From Hypanus sabinus (Eukaryota), in contig NC_082735.1 of NCBI RefSeq assembly GCF_030144855.1, forward strand, positions 37,138,001 through 37,202,000: a stretch of DNA of 64,000 bases, given 5' to 3'. Shown here in pieces: positions 37,918 to 50,666 of the stretch. Every line of letters starts with the position of its first letter. Within the stretch, counting starts at the first letter, position 1. The translations under genes and the position numbers were made by a program. Below the pieces are notes generated by a model that had not been told where the DNA came from, did no database searches, and saw nothing but the letters and a program-made list of their open reading frames with translations.

Positions 37918-39232
37918 CATATTCTGTGTAGGATACCACAAAAGTCCCTGTGGCAGTGTTGACAAGTGCATTGCAAACAGAGTTGTTGGTTCTCTAAGGA
38001 CCAAGTCAGTGATGTGTTTATCCAGTCAGCATAACATCCTTGAAAGAGTTTATCACTGATTAACGAATGAGTAAATATGAAAATGGTGAAAATTTAGAGA
38101 TGGTTAAAGAGATGGGGCTTGACACGGGGGGGGGGGGGAGAGAAGGAAAAATAAATGATAGTAGGATAGGAATGATCATAGATATCTAAAATGTTTGCGG
38201 TATAGCTGAGTCTCTTTGACAAGCTGGGTGCAAGTCACATCCCGTAAGTTCACAACCCAAGATGTTTGCACTTATATAACAGACACCCGAACTCCTCAAA
38301 TGGAAGAGTATGATTTGGCTGCTAAATTTGGAACTTTGCCATATATATAAAAATCAAGATATTGAAAGTGTAGCAGTGCAAGAATAAAATGCCAATCCAA
38401 ATGTGGAAGTTTCAGGAACTGCTACAGATTGATAAAGAGTGGGTGCATTTAACAAGAAATTTTACACTTTTGTATCTCTTGATCCAAGAATACCCATAGT
38501 CTATAAGCAGCAATGAGGTCTTGAGCAGCTATTTTGTCTGTTTGTGGTTCTTTTGGCTGAGGGATAAATAATGGCCAAGAAACTTGAGCAATTACTCAGT
38601 ACTCATCTTCAAATAAGCACATGGGATGTCATACGTCAACTTGAAATGAAGACATTTCAGCTTAGCATCATATCTGAAAAGCCATATTAGCAACAGCAAA
38701 TCTCCTTAAGTACTGCACTGACATAGCAGGTTTGATTGGTTAAGGGAAATTGCTGATAGCAGGACTCAGTCGACCATAAGCTCTTTTGCCTTGATCTGAC
38801 TAAAGCTTTTTGATTCAAACACTTTCACTTTCTTCAGATGCTGCCTAATCTGCTGAGAGTTTTCAGCATTTTGTTTAAAATTCACTAGATCATAAAGTTT
38901 ACAACCAACAGCAAAGTATCACTTCTTCAAATCCATAGGTAGGAATCAAACGTGGGACTCATGATTTAACTCATTTAACCCCAACAGAAATGGCAGTAAT
39001 AGTTAAACAAGAAAAATGGAATAAAATATTTTGTAATGTGAAATTAGGAGAGAAAAGCCAGCAATGGTAGGCAAATGATAAGCAATTAAGGTTGAGAGTT
39101 TCAAAGGTGCTGAAAGTACTTCTCAGATTACAAAAGTGTTTTGAAAATTAAAACCAACTACTCGACATGGTAATTCAAAATTACATGTGAAACAGTCAAC
39201 AAAAATAACTCCTCTGGAAAAATGATACTAAC

Positions 39233-39336
39233 CTCAACATCACACCACCTATTCTAATTGCTCTTTTCCAGTCTTTCAGAGTAGATTTCCCTGCAAGGTG
39301 TACAAATTGCTTTGGGCTTATAAGCTGCTCGTTAAA
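39233..39336 (-). CDS. GMEB1: GMEB1 coding exon 4, SAND domain with KDWK motif (FNEQLISPKQFVHLAGKSTLKDWKRAIRIGGVML)
   Basis: TTTTCTAG| acceptor and |GTTAGT donor; KDWK signature. Confidence 0.95.
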
Positions 39337-40012
39337 CTAGAAAACAAAACAAAAACAGAAGAAATCAGCTTAAATTTGAACCATCAGTTCTGCTGGTAGT
39401 AGGAACATAAACACAAGTAGGAGTAGATTAATTAGCTTCTCGAGCCTTCCCCACCATTTAATAAGATCATACATCATTGAATCTTGAGCTCAGTAACTTT
39501 CCTACTCACTCCCCATACTTTAACACCCTTGCATTCTAGAATGAATAATTGTGAAGATTCACTGCTCAGAAGACATTCCTGAGGAATGCTATCTCACGTA
39601 ATCCAAGATTGGACTTACCAACCTTTTAAAACAGGACAGCTGCAAATAAAGAACTGACTCATGGTAGGGTCCAAATCTTCATACATGGATAAAAGATTGC
39701 CCCTCATTTGCAAATCAAAACTATAAATGCAGCTTTTTCATAACACTGCCATGAACCACATTTTACATGCATGGGAGAAGTTAATGGATAACAACAAGAA
39801 ATAGGCAGCAGGGTATGTTTTCTCTAAATTCAAAGAGGGTTAATCTAACTGCACCACCCTTATTTCTGTGCCATGAGACACAAGTCTGCACCAGCCAAGA
39901 GTCCAACACAGGCCTTTGCTATTCTGACTCATCACAATCTCAGGCAACACATCAATTACTCAACAAAAATACCAGAGTAGTTGTAGCTAGAACATTTTTA
40001 TGTTGTTCATAC

Positions 40013-40125
40013 CTTTACACATTTCACGTTAATCCCCGGGCAAACAAATTTCTTCCACATTAAAATGGCCTTGCTTTCCCCACAAGTAATAGGATAAGCG
40101 ATTTCAACATCCTCATTGCAGATAT
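40013..40125 (-). CDS. GMEB1: GMEB1 coding exon 3, SAND domain start (EDVEIAYPITCGESKAILMWKKFVCPGINVKCVK)
   Basis: CTTTCAG| acceptor and |GTATGA donor; near-identical to the GMEB SAND domain; absent from the ORF track. Confidence 0.95.
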
Positions 40126-42780
40126 CTGAAAGTTAAAAACAAACATTTTTTACTGCACTCATTAGGTACCCATTGTTGTTATGATATTGGACAAGTAATC
40201 AAAAAACCTATTCAAATCCTATTATAGAGCTAGATCAGCATTGCAATCAATTTATTAGTGATTTAGTTGATTTCAGAGATGGACTGTGAATAAATCAGAC
40301 TGATGAACCAGATGACTTTTATAACAGAATCCCTTTGGGAAGGAAATGTCTATCTTTACCTATTCTGACCTATGTGTGGCTTCAGACCTGAAGCAACATC
40401 CTTAACTTCGACAAATTACTAAAGTCGCTACCTACCTCCTTATTAAGGCCAAGTAACACTGAAGTAAAAGCTTGCATGGGCAATGACACTCATACACAGA
40501 GGAGTAAACTAGGACAAATTTCTGACAATTATTTCTACCTCCCTTTGGAAAACAACTTAAAATCCTGAACTAATGGCAGAAAGAAAAATGGAATGGAAAC
40601 AAGTCACTTGGGCATGTGGCACTATTAAACATCAGAACCAATCTAGCACCTTAATCCCACTGTCATCTGATCATGATCCCAAAAGTTCCACAATTTCCAC
40701 AATCAAAAATCTTGGAATGTATGCTCAGTTGACAACAGACTAACAGCCAGAGACTGATGATTTCAAGATAAACTAGCCTTGATTAATTTCTCTTCAGTCC
40801 TAAATAGCTGATCCTTTAAAATGAGATTATGTCTTTTATCGAGATTGTTTCAATAAATCACTCTTCTGAATACCCCTTTGAACATCAACTGGATATCATC
40901 CAAAACTGCTGTAAACTATTTTCCAACCAATCTTTCAGTTCCATCCCGTGCAGAACAAACCCTATCTACAGCTTTTTACCCAGTGACCAGTTCAGAGCTT
41001 AGTGTTTGCCAAGCCTTATCACACAAATTTTAAAATACACCTTAATAAAATGAGTAGCGAGTGAAGGTTTAACAAAGAAACATTGAGCTTTCAGTCTAGA
41101 CAGCTGAAGGCTGAGCAGCTGATCCAAACATGATGAAGACACATAGAGTTCTCCACCAAGTTACGGGACTAGAAGAGGGAACACTGTGGACACATAATAG
41201 AACAATAAAGGCCCAAGGACTGGAATCTGCACAAGAGAACTAAAGCAGGAATAAAAATCAGACATCTCCGAATAAGCACGACATACTTCCAAATACAGCA
41301 CAGTAAAGAAATCATACAGGCATAGAATTATACAGCACAGAACAGGCCCTTTGTTCGAACTCACCCAGACTCCTTGCTTACCTGACCCAGTCACTTTTGA
41401 CTGCATTCCGTCTATAATCGCTGTAGACCTTTCTGATACAAATACCTACCTAAATCTATTTTAAACATTCTAATTGTACTGTTTCTACCACTTCCTCTGG
41501 CAGCTTGTTCCATCTACCCCCAACAGCAAATAGAAAAACAACTTCACTACTTTCTTGCTTATTTTGCTCTCATTTCATTCCTCCTTTGCTTTTTGTTTTA
41601 AAAAATTCTAGTCCCCAGCCAGTGCGCTATCCTGATTCTGCAATCCCACAGTCTACAAAACTGAAAAACTCTTGGACATGGCCACATCAAGTATATCTAG
41701 TTAAGCATGGGTTAAGATGCAGCACAACCAACCTTCTACACTATTACCAAACATCTAGCACAGGACAGCCAAATACACCAATCACTGCTTACTCCATATA
41801 TAGTACTATTTTAATACATGACATCCAGTGATATTTGAGTGATACTTCCACTGAATGACTGTTGATTGTGTCTTGGGACTCATTGTAGAGCCTTCACAGC
41901 TGAATAGGGATGACTTTCACGGTATTAAACTGGCCTGGATTTAAACAATATACTGCTCACGTTTGAGGTGTTGGATTCCAATGTGCCAAATTAATTTAGG
42001 TATCAAATTAATTCCTCCTGTACATCCAGGAATCTTTCTTTGACAAAGCAAATATTCTTTATTTGAGGTAAGGGGTACAGGCCAGGAAAAACTGCATTAA
42101 CTGCTTCTAAATATCTTGCACAAAATATAAATGAAAGCCCACTGTGGCAATGAGCCCCAATAATTTGGTACAGCAATCACCAAGTTCCAGTTTGTCATCT
42201 TGGTTGATATGTTGGAGGTAAGGATTCAGTTACCAGCATGCTAAAGTAGAAGGCAAAACAATCAACTCTGCATGTTATTTATCACTTTGCAGGGACTTGG
42301 ACATAACCAGCAGCACCTGCTACTCTGGGTATCAAATTCAACACTATGTCACATTCATGAATGTAAAGCAACACCACCTACACCCCCCACAACAATCTGC
42401 ATTTATACGTTTTCAATCTTAAAACTGCCCACATCACTGTAAACATTAGCTGACAAAAAAACAGAGGCAGAGGACAAATGAAAATCTTTTATCAAAACCA
42501 ACATATATAGCAGCATTTTGACAAGACAACATATATAGCAGATAGAAAGTGGAGTACAAGTTACACAGTTCCAAGAAACCAGGAGAGAAAAGTACATATT
42601 TAAATGAAGCATTGATTTCTGATAATCATCCAAGTTACTCTCTTGAACTACAGTCTTATCTTACAAATTCCCCATGTCCTCTTTCATGGGGACTTTCAAG
42701 CCAACTTACTACTCCTTAGATCAGAGAGGGAGCTTCAGATGCAAGGAGAGGAAATGCCTTTAATCTGAACCAGTGCCTGA

Positions 42781-42813
42781 CGCGCGTGCGCACACGCACG
42801 CACACACACACAC
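42781..42813. repeat. Alternating purine-pyrimidine microsatellite (CG/CA)n
   Basis: CGCGCGTGCGCACACGCACGCACACACACACAC. Confidence 0.85.
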
Positions 42814-43748
42814 TTAGTGATTCAATAAAACCACCCAGTCAGAACCTTATTTTTCTTTGTGTAAAGTGGAAGACTTCCCATTTTTGTGTACTCAGATATT
42901 CCATCTGCCACGTTCTCACCCATTCACTAAACAAACTTAAAATATTAAATATATTAGTTATTTCAAATAATTGCAAAACACTTTTCCCCACTACTTATTA
43001 ATCAGACTCATACTTACAGGTACTTCTTTCCAACATTACTGTGCTAAATTGTGATTCACGTAATTGCAGCATCACATACAATTACTGTTCTACAGGCAAT
43101 AAATACCCTGTGGCACACTTACGTTGCGGGACAGAGCTTTGGCCAGCTAGCACTGAGCACTATAAACAAACTCATAAGTCATTCATATTCTTTCTAGTTG
43201 GCGATCCCAGATGATTATGTGCCACAAACACTGATTTTGCTTCACTGACCTATGGGGACAAAATCCATGTGTAATAGCTTGTCTCAATTCTTCAGGTAGA
43301 ATTAGAAAGCCCCAGGAGTCAAATCTGGGTCTTTTATATGACTCATTCTACACTGGCCCTACTATAAAAAAACACTACCCAATAAGGGACAAAATAAAGG
43401 AAATATGTAGTCAGAATTATTACAACTTTTAAAATATAAAATCAGGATTCACTTCAATTCCTTCTCCCTTTAATTTCTCAACCTTTTCGTTCCTTCTCAA
43501 TCACATAGAGCAGTGCCTGAGGACACAGTTTCTGCACTGGCTTGGTCTATTGCCCAACGTGACAGCCTGGTCACCTCACACTGACATGCTGTCCAGATGC
43601 CAGCCATATTGATGGACCGTGCACCTTACAAGCAACATCAGTGACTTAAGCTGTTAGTTTGAAGTAATGAGTGAAGGTTCATTTAGAACTAGAGCATCAT
43701 CAGCAGTTATACACCTATAAACACTGGATAGATTGAGTGCCAGTTATT

Positions 43749-46454
43749 AATAGACAATAGGTGCAGAAGTAGACCATTGGGCCCTTCGAGCCTGCACCGC
43801 CATTTTGAGATCATGGCCGATCAACTACTATCAATACCCGGTTCCTGCCTTGTCCCCATATCCCTCGATTCCCCTATCCATAAGATAACTATCTAGCTCC
43901 TTCTTGAAAGCATCCAGAGAATTGGCCTCCACTACCTTCCGAGGCAGTGCATTCTAGACCCCCCCACAACTCTCTGGGAGAAGAAGTTTTTCCTTAACTC
44001 TGTCCTAAATGACCTACCCCTTATTCTCAAACCATGCCCTCTGGTACTGGACTGTCCCAGCATCTGGAACATATTTCCTGCCTCTATCTTGTCCAATCCC
44101 TTAATAATCTTATATGTTGCAATCAGATCCCCTCTCAATCTCCTTAATTCCAGCGTGTACAAGCCCAGTCTCTCTAACCTCTCTGCGTAAGACAGTCCAG
44201 ACATCCCAGGAATTAACCTTGTGAAACTACGCTGCACTTCCTCGACAGCCAGGATGTCCTTCCTTAACCCTGGAGACCAAAACTGTACACAATACTCTAG
44301 GTGTGGTCTCACCAGGGCTCTGTACAAATGCAAGAGGATTTCCTTGCTCTTGTACTCAATTCCCTTTGTAATAAAGGCCAACATTCCATTAGCCTTCTTC
44401 ACTGCCTGCTGCACTTGCTCATTCACCTTCAGTGACTGATGAACAAGGACTCCTAGATCTCTTTGTATTTCTCCCTTACCCAACTCTACACCGTTCAGAT
44501 AATAATCTGCCTTCCTGTTCTTACTCCCAAAGCGGATAACCTCACACTTATTCACATTAAACGTCATCTGCCAAGTATCTGCCCACTCACCCAGCCTATC
44601 CAAGTCACCCTGCCACCCAGCTTAGTATCATCAGCAAATTTGCTGATGTTATTTTCAATGCCTTCATCCAAATAGTTGACATAAATTGTAAACAGCTGTG
44701 GTCCCAATACCGAGCCCTGTGGCACCCCACTAGTCACCACCTGCCATTCCGAGAAACACCCATTCACTGCTACCTTTTGCTTTCTATCTGCCAACCAGTT
44801 TTCTATCCATATCAATGTCTTCCCCCCGATGCCCTGAGCTTTGATTTTACCCACCAATCTCCTATGTGGGACCTTGTCAAATGCCTTCTGAAAATCGAGG
44901 TACACTACATCCACTGGATCTCCCCCGTCTAACTTCCTGATTACATCCTCGAAAAACTCCAACAGATTAGTCAAGCATGAATTACCCTTGGTAAATTCAT
45001 GCTGGCTTGGCCCAATCCTATCACTGCTATCTAGATATGCCACTATTTCATCCTTAATAATGGACTCTAGCATCTTCCCCACCACCGATGTCAGGCTGAC
45101 AGGTCGATAGTTCTGTTTTCTCCCTCCCTCCTTTCTTAAAAAGTGGGATAACATTAGCCATTCTCCAATCCTCAGGAACTGATCCTGAATCTAAGGAACA
45201 TTGGAAAATTATTACCAATGCATCCGTAATTTCCAGGGCCACCTCCTTTAGTACCCAAGGATGCAGACCATCTGGACCTAGGGATTTGTCAGCCTTCAGT
45301 CCCATCAGTCTTCTCATCACCGTTTCCTTCCTAATGTCAATCTGTTTCATTTCCTCAGTTACCCTATGTCCTTGACCCATCCATACATCTGGGAGATTGC
45401 TTGTGTCTTCCTTAGTGAAAACAGATCTAAAGTACTCATTAAATTCTTCTGCCATTTCTCTGCTTCCCATAACAATTTCACCCAATTCATTCTTCAAGGG
45501 CCCAACATTGTTCTTAACTATCTTCTTTCTCTTCACATAACTAAAAAAGCTTTTGCTATCTTCCTTTATATTCCTGGCTAGCTTGCGTTCGTACCTCATT
45601 TTTTCTCCCCGTATTGTCTTTTTAGTTAAGTTCTGTTGTTCCTTAAAAACTTCCCCATCATCTGTTCTCCCACTCACCTTAGTTCTGTCATACTTCTTTT
45701 TTTCTAATGCTGTGCAATCTCTGACTTCCTTTGTCAGCCACTGTGGCCCCTTTCCCCCTTTGAATCCTTCCTTCTCTGGGGAATGAACTGATTTTGCACC
45801 TTGTGCATTATTCCCAAGAATACCTGCCATTGCTGTTCCTCTGTCTTTTCTGCTAGGATATCCGTCCAGCCAACTTTGGCCAGCTCCTCCCTCATGGCTC
45901 CATAGCTTCCCCTGTTCAACTGCAACAATGACACCTCCGAGCTGCCCTTATCCTTCTCAAATTGCAGATAAAAATTTATCATATTATGGTCACTACCTCC
46001 TAATGGCTCTTTTACTGCAAGATCGCTTATCAAATCCTGTTCATTACATAACACTAAATCCAGAATAGTCTTGTCCCTGGTCGGCTCTCGTGCAAGCTGT
46101 TCCAAGAATGCATCCGGTAGGCACTCTACAAACTCCTTATCCTGTGGTCCAGCACCAACCTGATTCTCCCAGTTCACCTGCATGTTGAAATCCCCCATAA
46201 CTACTGCGACATTACCTTTGCCACATGCCAATGTTAACTCCCTATTCAACTTGCACCCAATATCCATGCTACTGTTTGGTGACCTGTAGACAACACCCAT
46301 TTGGGTCCTTTTGCCCTTACTGTTCCTCAGTTTTGTCCACACAGACTCTACTTCTCCTGACCCTATGTCCCCCCCTTGCAAAGAACTGAATCTCATTCCT
46401 CACCAACAGGGTCACCCCACCCCCTCTGCCCACATTTCTGTCCCTACGATAGCA
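43749..46454 (-). mobile_element. CR1 LINE, 5'-truncated: ORF2 (partial endonuclease plus reverse transcriptase) and 3' UTR
   Basis: Overlapping ORFs 45734..46396 (VMGDFN, SDHN), 45054..45830, 44564..45154 ([28 protein letters not shown]) and 43932..44603 (LVRPHLEYCVQFW); few disruptions. Confidence 0.95.
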
Positions 46455-47044
46455 GGGATAAAAGGAAGTAGAGCAAAAAGCTAGGCTATGGACTTTCTGG
46501 TCCATAAGCTTTTCTACTTTACAGATTGAACAAATCATCTCTATTTAAGATAAAAGCAGGTTTAAATGTTTTCTCAAAGTAACTGTGGAAATCCTTTCCC
46601 TGTCAACACTATGAACTTCCATCAACTTTGAAACAAGACAGTAGCCAAACCACCTTACATTAGCCAATTTAAAACTCAGTCTTCTAATGCTGTAGATCAG
46701 AGAATAAAACACTTAGGAGATTTGTCTCCAGCATTCAGATCTGAGATTTGCATATTTACTCTGGATTGTTTCAATGAACTTGAACAGAAAAGAGACACTT
46801 AGACCGTGCGTGTAATGATGTACAATTATTGCTAAGATGTAGGAAAAATAGCCTTTCATTTGCACATCGCCAGGCTCCATACACAGTATTGAAATAATGA
46901 CCAGATCACTCATTTTACTGATGACGGTTAAAGGAAAATATTATTTTTCAATTAATTCATCTAAATATTTCTCTTTTTCAAATTTCTGCTGAGATGCCTT
47001 TTATGCTTGCAAGGACAAAGTCGCTGTTACTCAGCACATCTGAA

Positions 47045-48790
47045 AGAACACAGAACAGTACAGCACAGCAGAGGCCCTTCAGGCCACAATGTTGTGCTCT
47101 GCTATAGAAGCCTATGCCACAACCAATCTAACCCATCCCTCCTACAGTTCACAACCCTCCATTAACCCAGAATAGTCTTTTAAATGTTCTTAATGTATAG
47201 TACTGTGCAAAAGTCTTAGCACACAAGTATCGCTAGGGCACCTAAGACTTTGGTACAGTAATGTAGTAATTTTATGTATTGCATTATGCTGCTGCTGCAA
47301 AAAATCAAATATCATGACATACGTAAGGGATAAGCCTGATTTTTATATGGGCCTCTATTGTGGACTGAGAATGGAAAGGGGCATGGAGAGGGGAGGGAGC
47401 AGATGCACCAGAGAAACATTCTGAAATGATCATAAACCAATTGTTTGGAATCAAATGACCCTGCCTGGTGTCTCAGGGCTGGGTGTGTCTGCACCCTTGC
47501 CCCTGGCACTCCTCCTCAGCCACCTGTCCCACACCCCTCCTGTGGCACTCCACCCTTAATCCAACATCTTTTGTTCCTAACAGATTTACAAACACCGTGC
47601 TCCACGTGACAAATACAGTACTGTGCAAGTCATATGCACCCTAGCTATATATAGGTGTGCCTAAGATTTTTGCACAGTACTGTATCTGCCTCTACCACCA
47701 CCCCAGCAGTGTGTTCCAAGTACCTATGACTTTGCATAAAAATACCTCTGATATCTCCTCCACTCACCTAAATAATGTCCTCTGGCATTAGCCATCACCA
47801 CCCTGGGATAAAGGTGTAGTGCCCCTCTATTTATGCCTTTCATGATCTGATACACCTCTATCAAGTCACCTCTTATCCTCCTCTGCTTCAAAGAGAAACA
47901 ATCTAGCTTTCCTCATAACTTATTTTGAGATATGCAACCCAAAACTGTTGACAATTCTCCAAGTGTGGCCTGATCAGTGTCGGATAAAGCCTCAGCACTA
48001 TCTCCTTGCTTTTATATTCTATTCCCCTTGAAATGAATGCCAACATTACATTTGCTTTCCTTACCACAGTCTCAACCTGATAATTAACCTTCTGAGAGTC
48101 TTGCATAAGGACCAAGTCCCTTTACAGCTCTGATGTTTGAAGTTTCTCCCCATTTGGATAATAATCTGCACTTTTGTTCCTTTTACAAAATGCATTATCA
48201 TACATTTCCCAACACTAAATTCCATTGTAACTTTTTTGCCAATTCTTCCAACTTGCCTAAGCCCTGCTGCAATTGCAGTGCATCCTCAGCACTACCCACC
48301 CCTCCACCTATATTCACATTATCCACAAACTTTGCCATAAGCCATCAATTTCATTATCTAAATTATTGACAAACAATATTAAAAGTAGTAGTCCCCATAT
48401 TGACCCCCGAGAAACACCTCTAGTCACTGGCAGCCAACCAGAAAAGGCCATCTTTATTCCCAATTGCTGCCTCCTGCTTGTCAGCCATTCTTTTATGCAT
48501 GCCAGTATCTTTTCTGTAATGCCACAGGATTTTATCTTGTTAAGCAGCCTCATGTGTGGCACCTTATCAAATGTTTTCTGAAAATCCAAATAAATGACAT
48601 CCACTGCCTCTCCTTTGTCCACCCTGCTTCCTCGAAGAACTCTTAACAGATTTATCAGGCAAGATTTCCCTTTACAAAAACCATAATGACTTTGACTTAT
48701 TTTATCATTAGTCTCCAAGTACCCCAAAACCTCATCCTTAGTAATAGACTCCAACACTTTCCCAACCATTGAGGTTAGGCTAACTGGCTA
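47045..48790 (-). mobile_element. Two adjacent decayed CR1 fragments (3' end about 47045-47900; RT region about 47905-48790)
   Basis: ORFs 48314..48769 (YLDFQKTFDKVPH) and 47903..48115 (LIRPHLENCQQFW); CR1-type tail. Confidence 0.85.
47198..47682. mobile_element. Non-autonomous Tc1/mariner-type element with hairpin mini-MITE ends, inserted at TA inside a CR1 tail
   Basis: (C/T)AGTACTGTGCAAAAGTCTTAG termini occur four times; TA TSD at 47196-47197 and 47683-47684; the CR1 sequence rejoins across it. Confidence 0.8.
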
Positions 48791-50577
48791 ATTCATGAGC
48801 ACCAGCAGCTGAAATTCAATGTTCGAGGGCCAAAGATTTGAAATTGTCCATCTAATGTGATGAACAAACATTTCAAAGTGTGAGGGGAAATGGTTAAATA
48901 CAAAGAGAGATTCAGTGAAGAGCCAGGTTGTTTAGTGAAAGAGCTGGTATGGTCTCAGTAGTATGAATGAATCATTTCTGTGCTTCACTATTCTCATAAT
49001 TGAAGCTTCACCCAAAGTCAGTGAAAAACATGCTGTTATTTATTACAGAACGTCTACACAGACTCTTGTTGATAGCGCAGCTCATCAAAACAGGGAGGAG
49101 CCAACAGCCCCTTGGTCATTGAATAAGATCACGACAGTTCCTGGACCTCATCTGCGTTCTAACCAAACCCACATATCCTTCAATGTCCTATTGATTTACA
49201 GACCTCAATTTTGGATAAAGCAACAACAGAGCATCAAAGCCCTCTGAGATTTATAACTCTAAGAAACCTCTCCACACCTGTCCACACATCACCTTTTTTT
49301 TTAAAAAAAAGCAAAGATGACCATACAGCAATCTCAAAAGGACAGCCATAGATAATTTCTTTGTTTTTTTTTTAAATACAAAGGAGTTCATTTTGAGCAC
49401 AAGTCCTAACTGCAAACCTACTAACTACAAGAGAGATTGAGTAGATCCAAAGTAATATGCCAGCTAGGAGCATTTTGTTAAACTCAATGAACAAGTGGCA
49501 CGTTGATTTGCTGAATTTTTTTTCATATTAGGGAGCTGAAACAATTGCCTGACCCCTACTCTCTATCTGATGTCAAAGGCAACAAATTGAACTTTTTGAT
49601 ACATATTATGGTAGGAAACATCTCCTGAAAGGGCCCCTGTAATCTATAAAAGGACAGGTTCTCCCATGAATGATGAAATGTCTGTAGAAATCAGAGTATA
49701 TAATGAAATCACAGAACAAATGCAATTTCACAAATAAACATTCTATGACGTTGGTGCTTGTAATGAAAAAAATCTAGATTTTAAGCATTTACACAGACAT
49801 AACTAACCCCATCAACATAACTAATACCAGGATAGTAACACTTCAAGCAGAATTTGAAGCAATTGAGGCAAGTTGCAGCGTTTGCTGGAGTTAAAAAAAT
49901 ATTCCGATTCAGATTAGCATATGTACATCAAAATATACTGTGGAATGTGTCATTTGTGTTGATAACCAGCACACCTGAGGATATGCTGGGGGCAGCCCGC
50001 AAACCAGCACATCATGGGAACAATGTTCCGAAGAACAGCAGAGGCAGCACAGCAACAAGCGCAAAGCATGCCCTTTCCTCAACCTTTCCATTCACACACC
50101 CAGTCAGGCCAACTCAAGGCAAATAGCCTGAGCTACTGAATGACACTACTTAGAAAACTGTCACATATTATTCTATATACCTTCAAGATATTATTGGAGG
50201 TCAGAGTGTTATTGAAATGTTTATTTTGATCCCAACAAATGTTAGGGAAAAACAGCATTCTTCTATCCTCTAAATTCGGTAAATCCCATCTTTTTATCCT
50301 TTTTACGTTTACAAGTTACCACCATAACCACTCATACATTTACCTGACAAGGTTAATGAGTTGTTTTAAAAATTGCTGCATTCATAAACTGTTCAACTCA
50401 GCATTCAGGGAAGTATGATACTTGGAAGACAAAAGTTTTATCTCAATGTTTGATTAAATGGAACCCAAAAAAATCCAATTAAAAAATAAAGACCAACCCC
50501 AATGTTCAGAGAGAAAAAAAACATGCGAACAATAGAAGCACACAATTAAAACAAAGGAAAAGTTCTCAAACTCTTAC

Positions 50578-50666
50578 CTTCACCATCTGCTAACTTCTGT
50601 AAAGTGTGAGTCTCCACAGTAACAACTGAAGCATTGCAGTTCGACTCAGTTCCTTCTTCACACATG
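50578..50666 (-). CDS. GMEB1: GMEB1 coding exon 2 (MCEEGTESNCNASVVTVETHTLQKLADGE)
   Basis: TTTCAATAG| acceptor and |GTAAGA donor; phase 2/1 fits both neighbours; resembles human VVAVETHTIHK. Confidence 0.88.

Noticed and set aside
35198-39232. Possible U12-type intron (GTATCATTT just downstream of the donor; weak pyrimidine tract at the acceptor)
   Set aside because: The frame-compatible donor is GTTAGT (U2-type) and there is no TCCTTAAC branch site.
28720-48790. Most intronic CR1 fragments are in the same orientation as GMEB1
   Set aside because: Too few independent insertions (about 7) to distinguish from chance.
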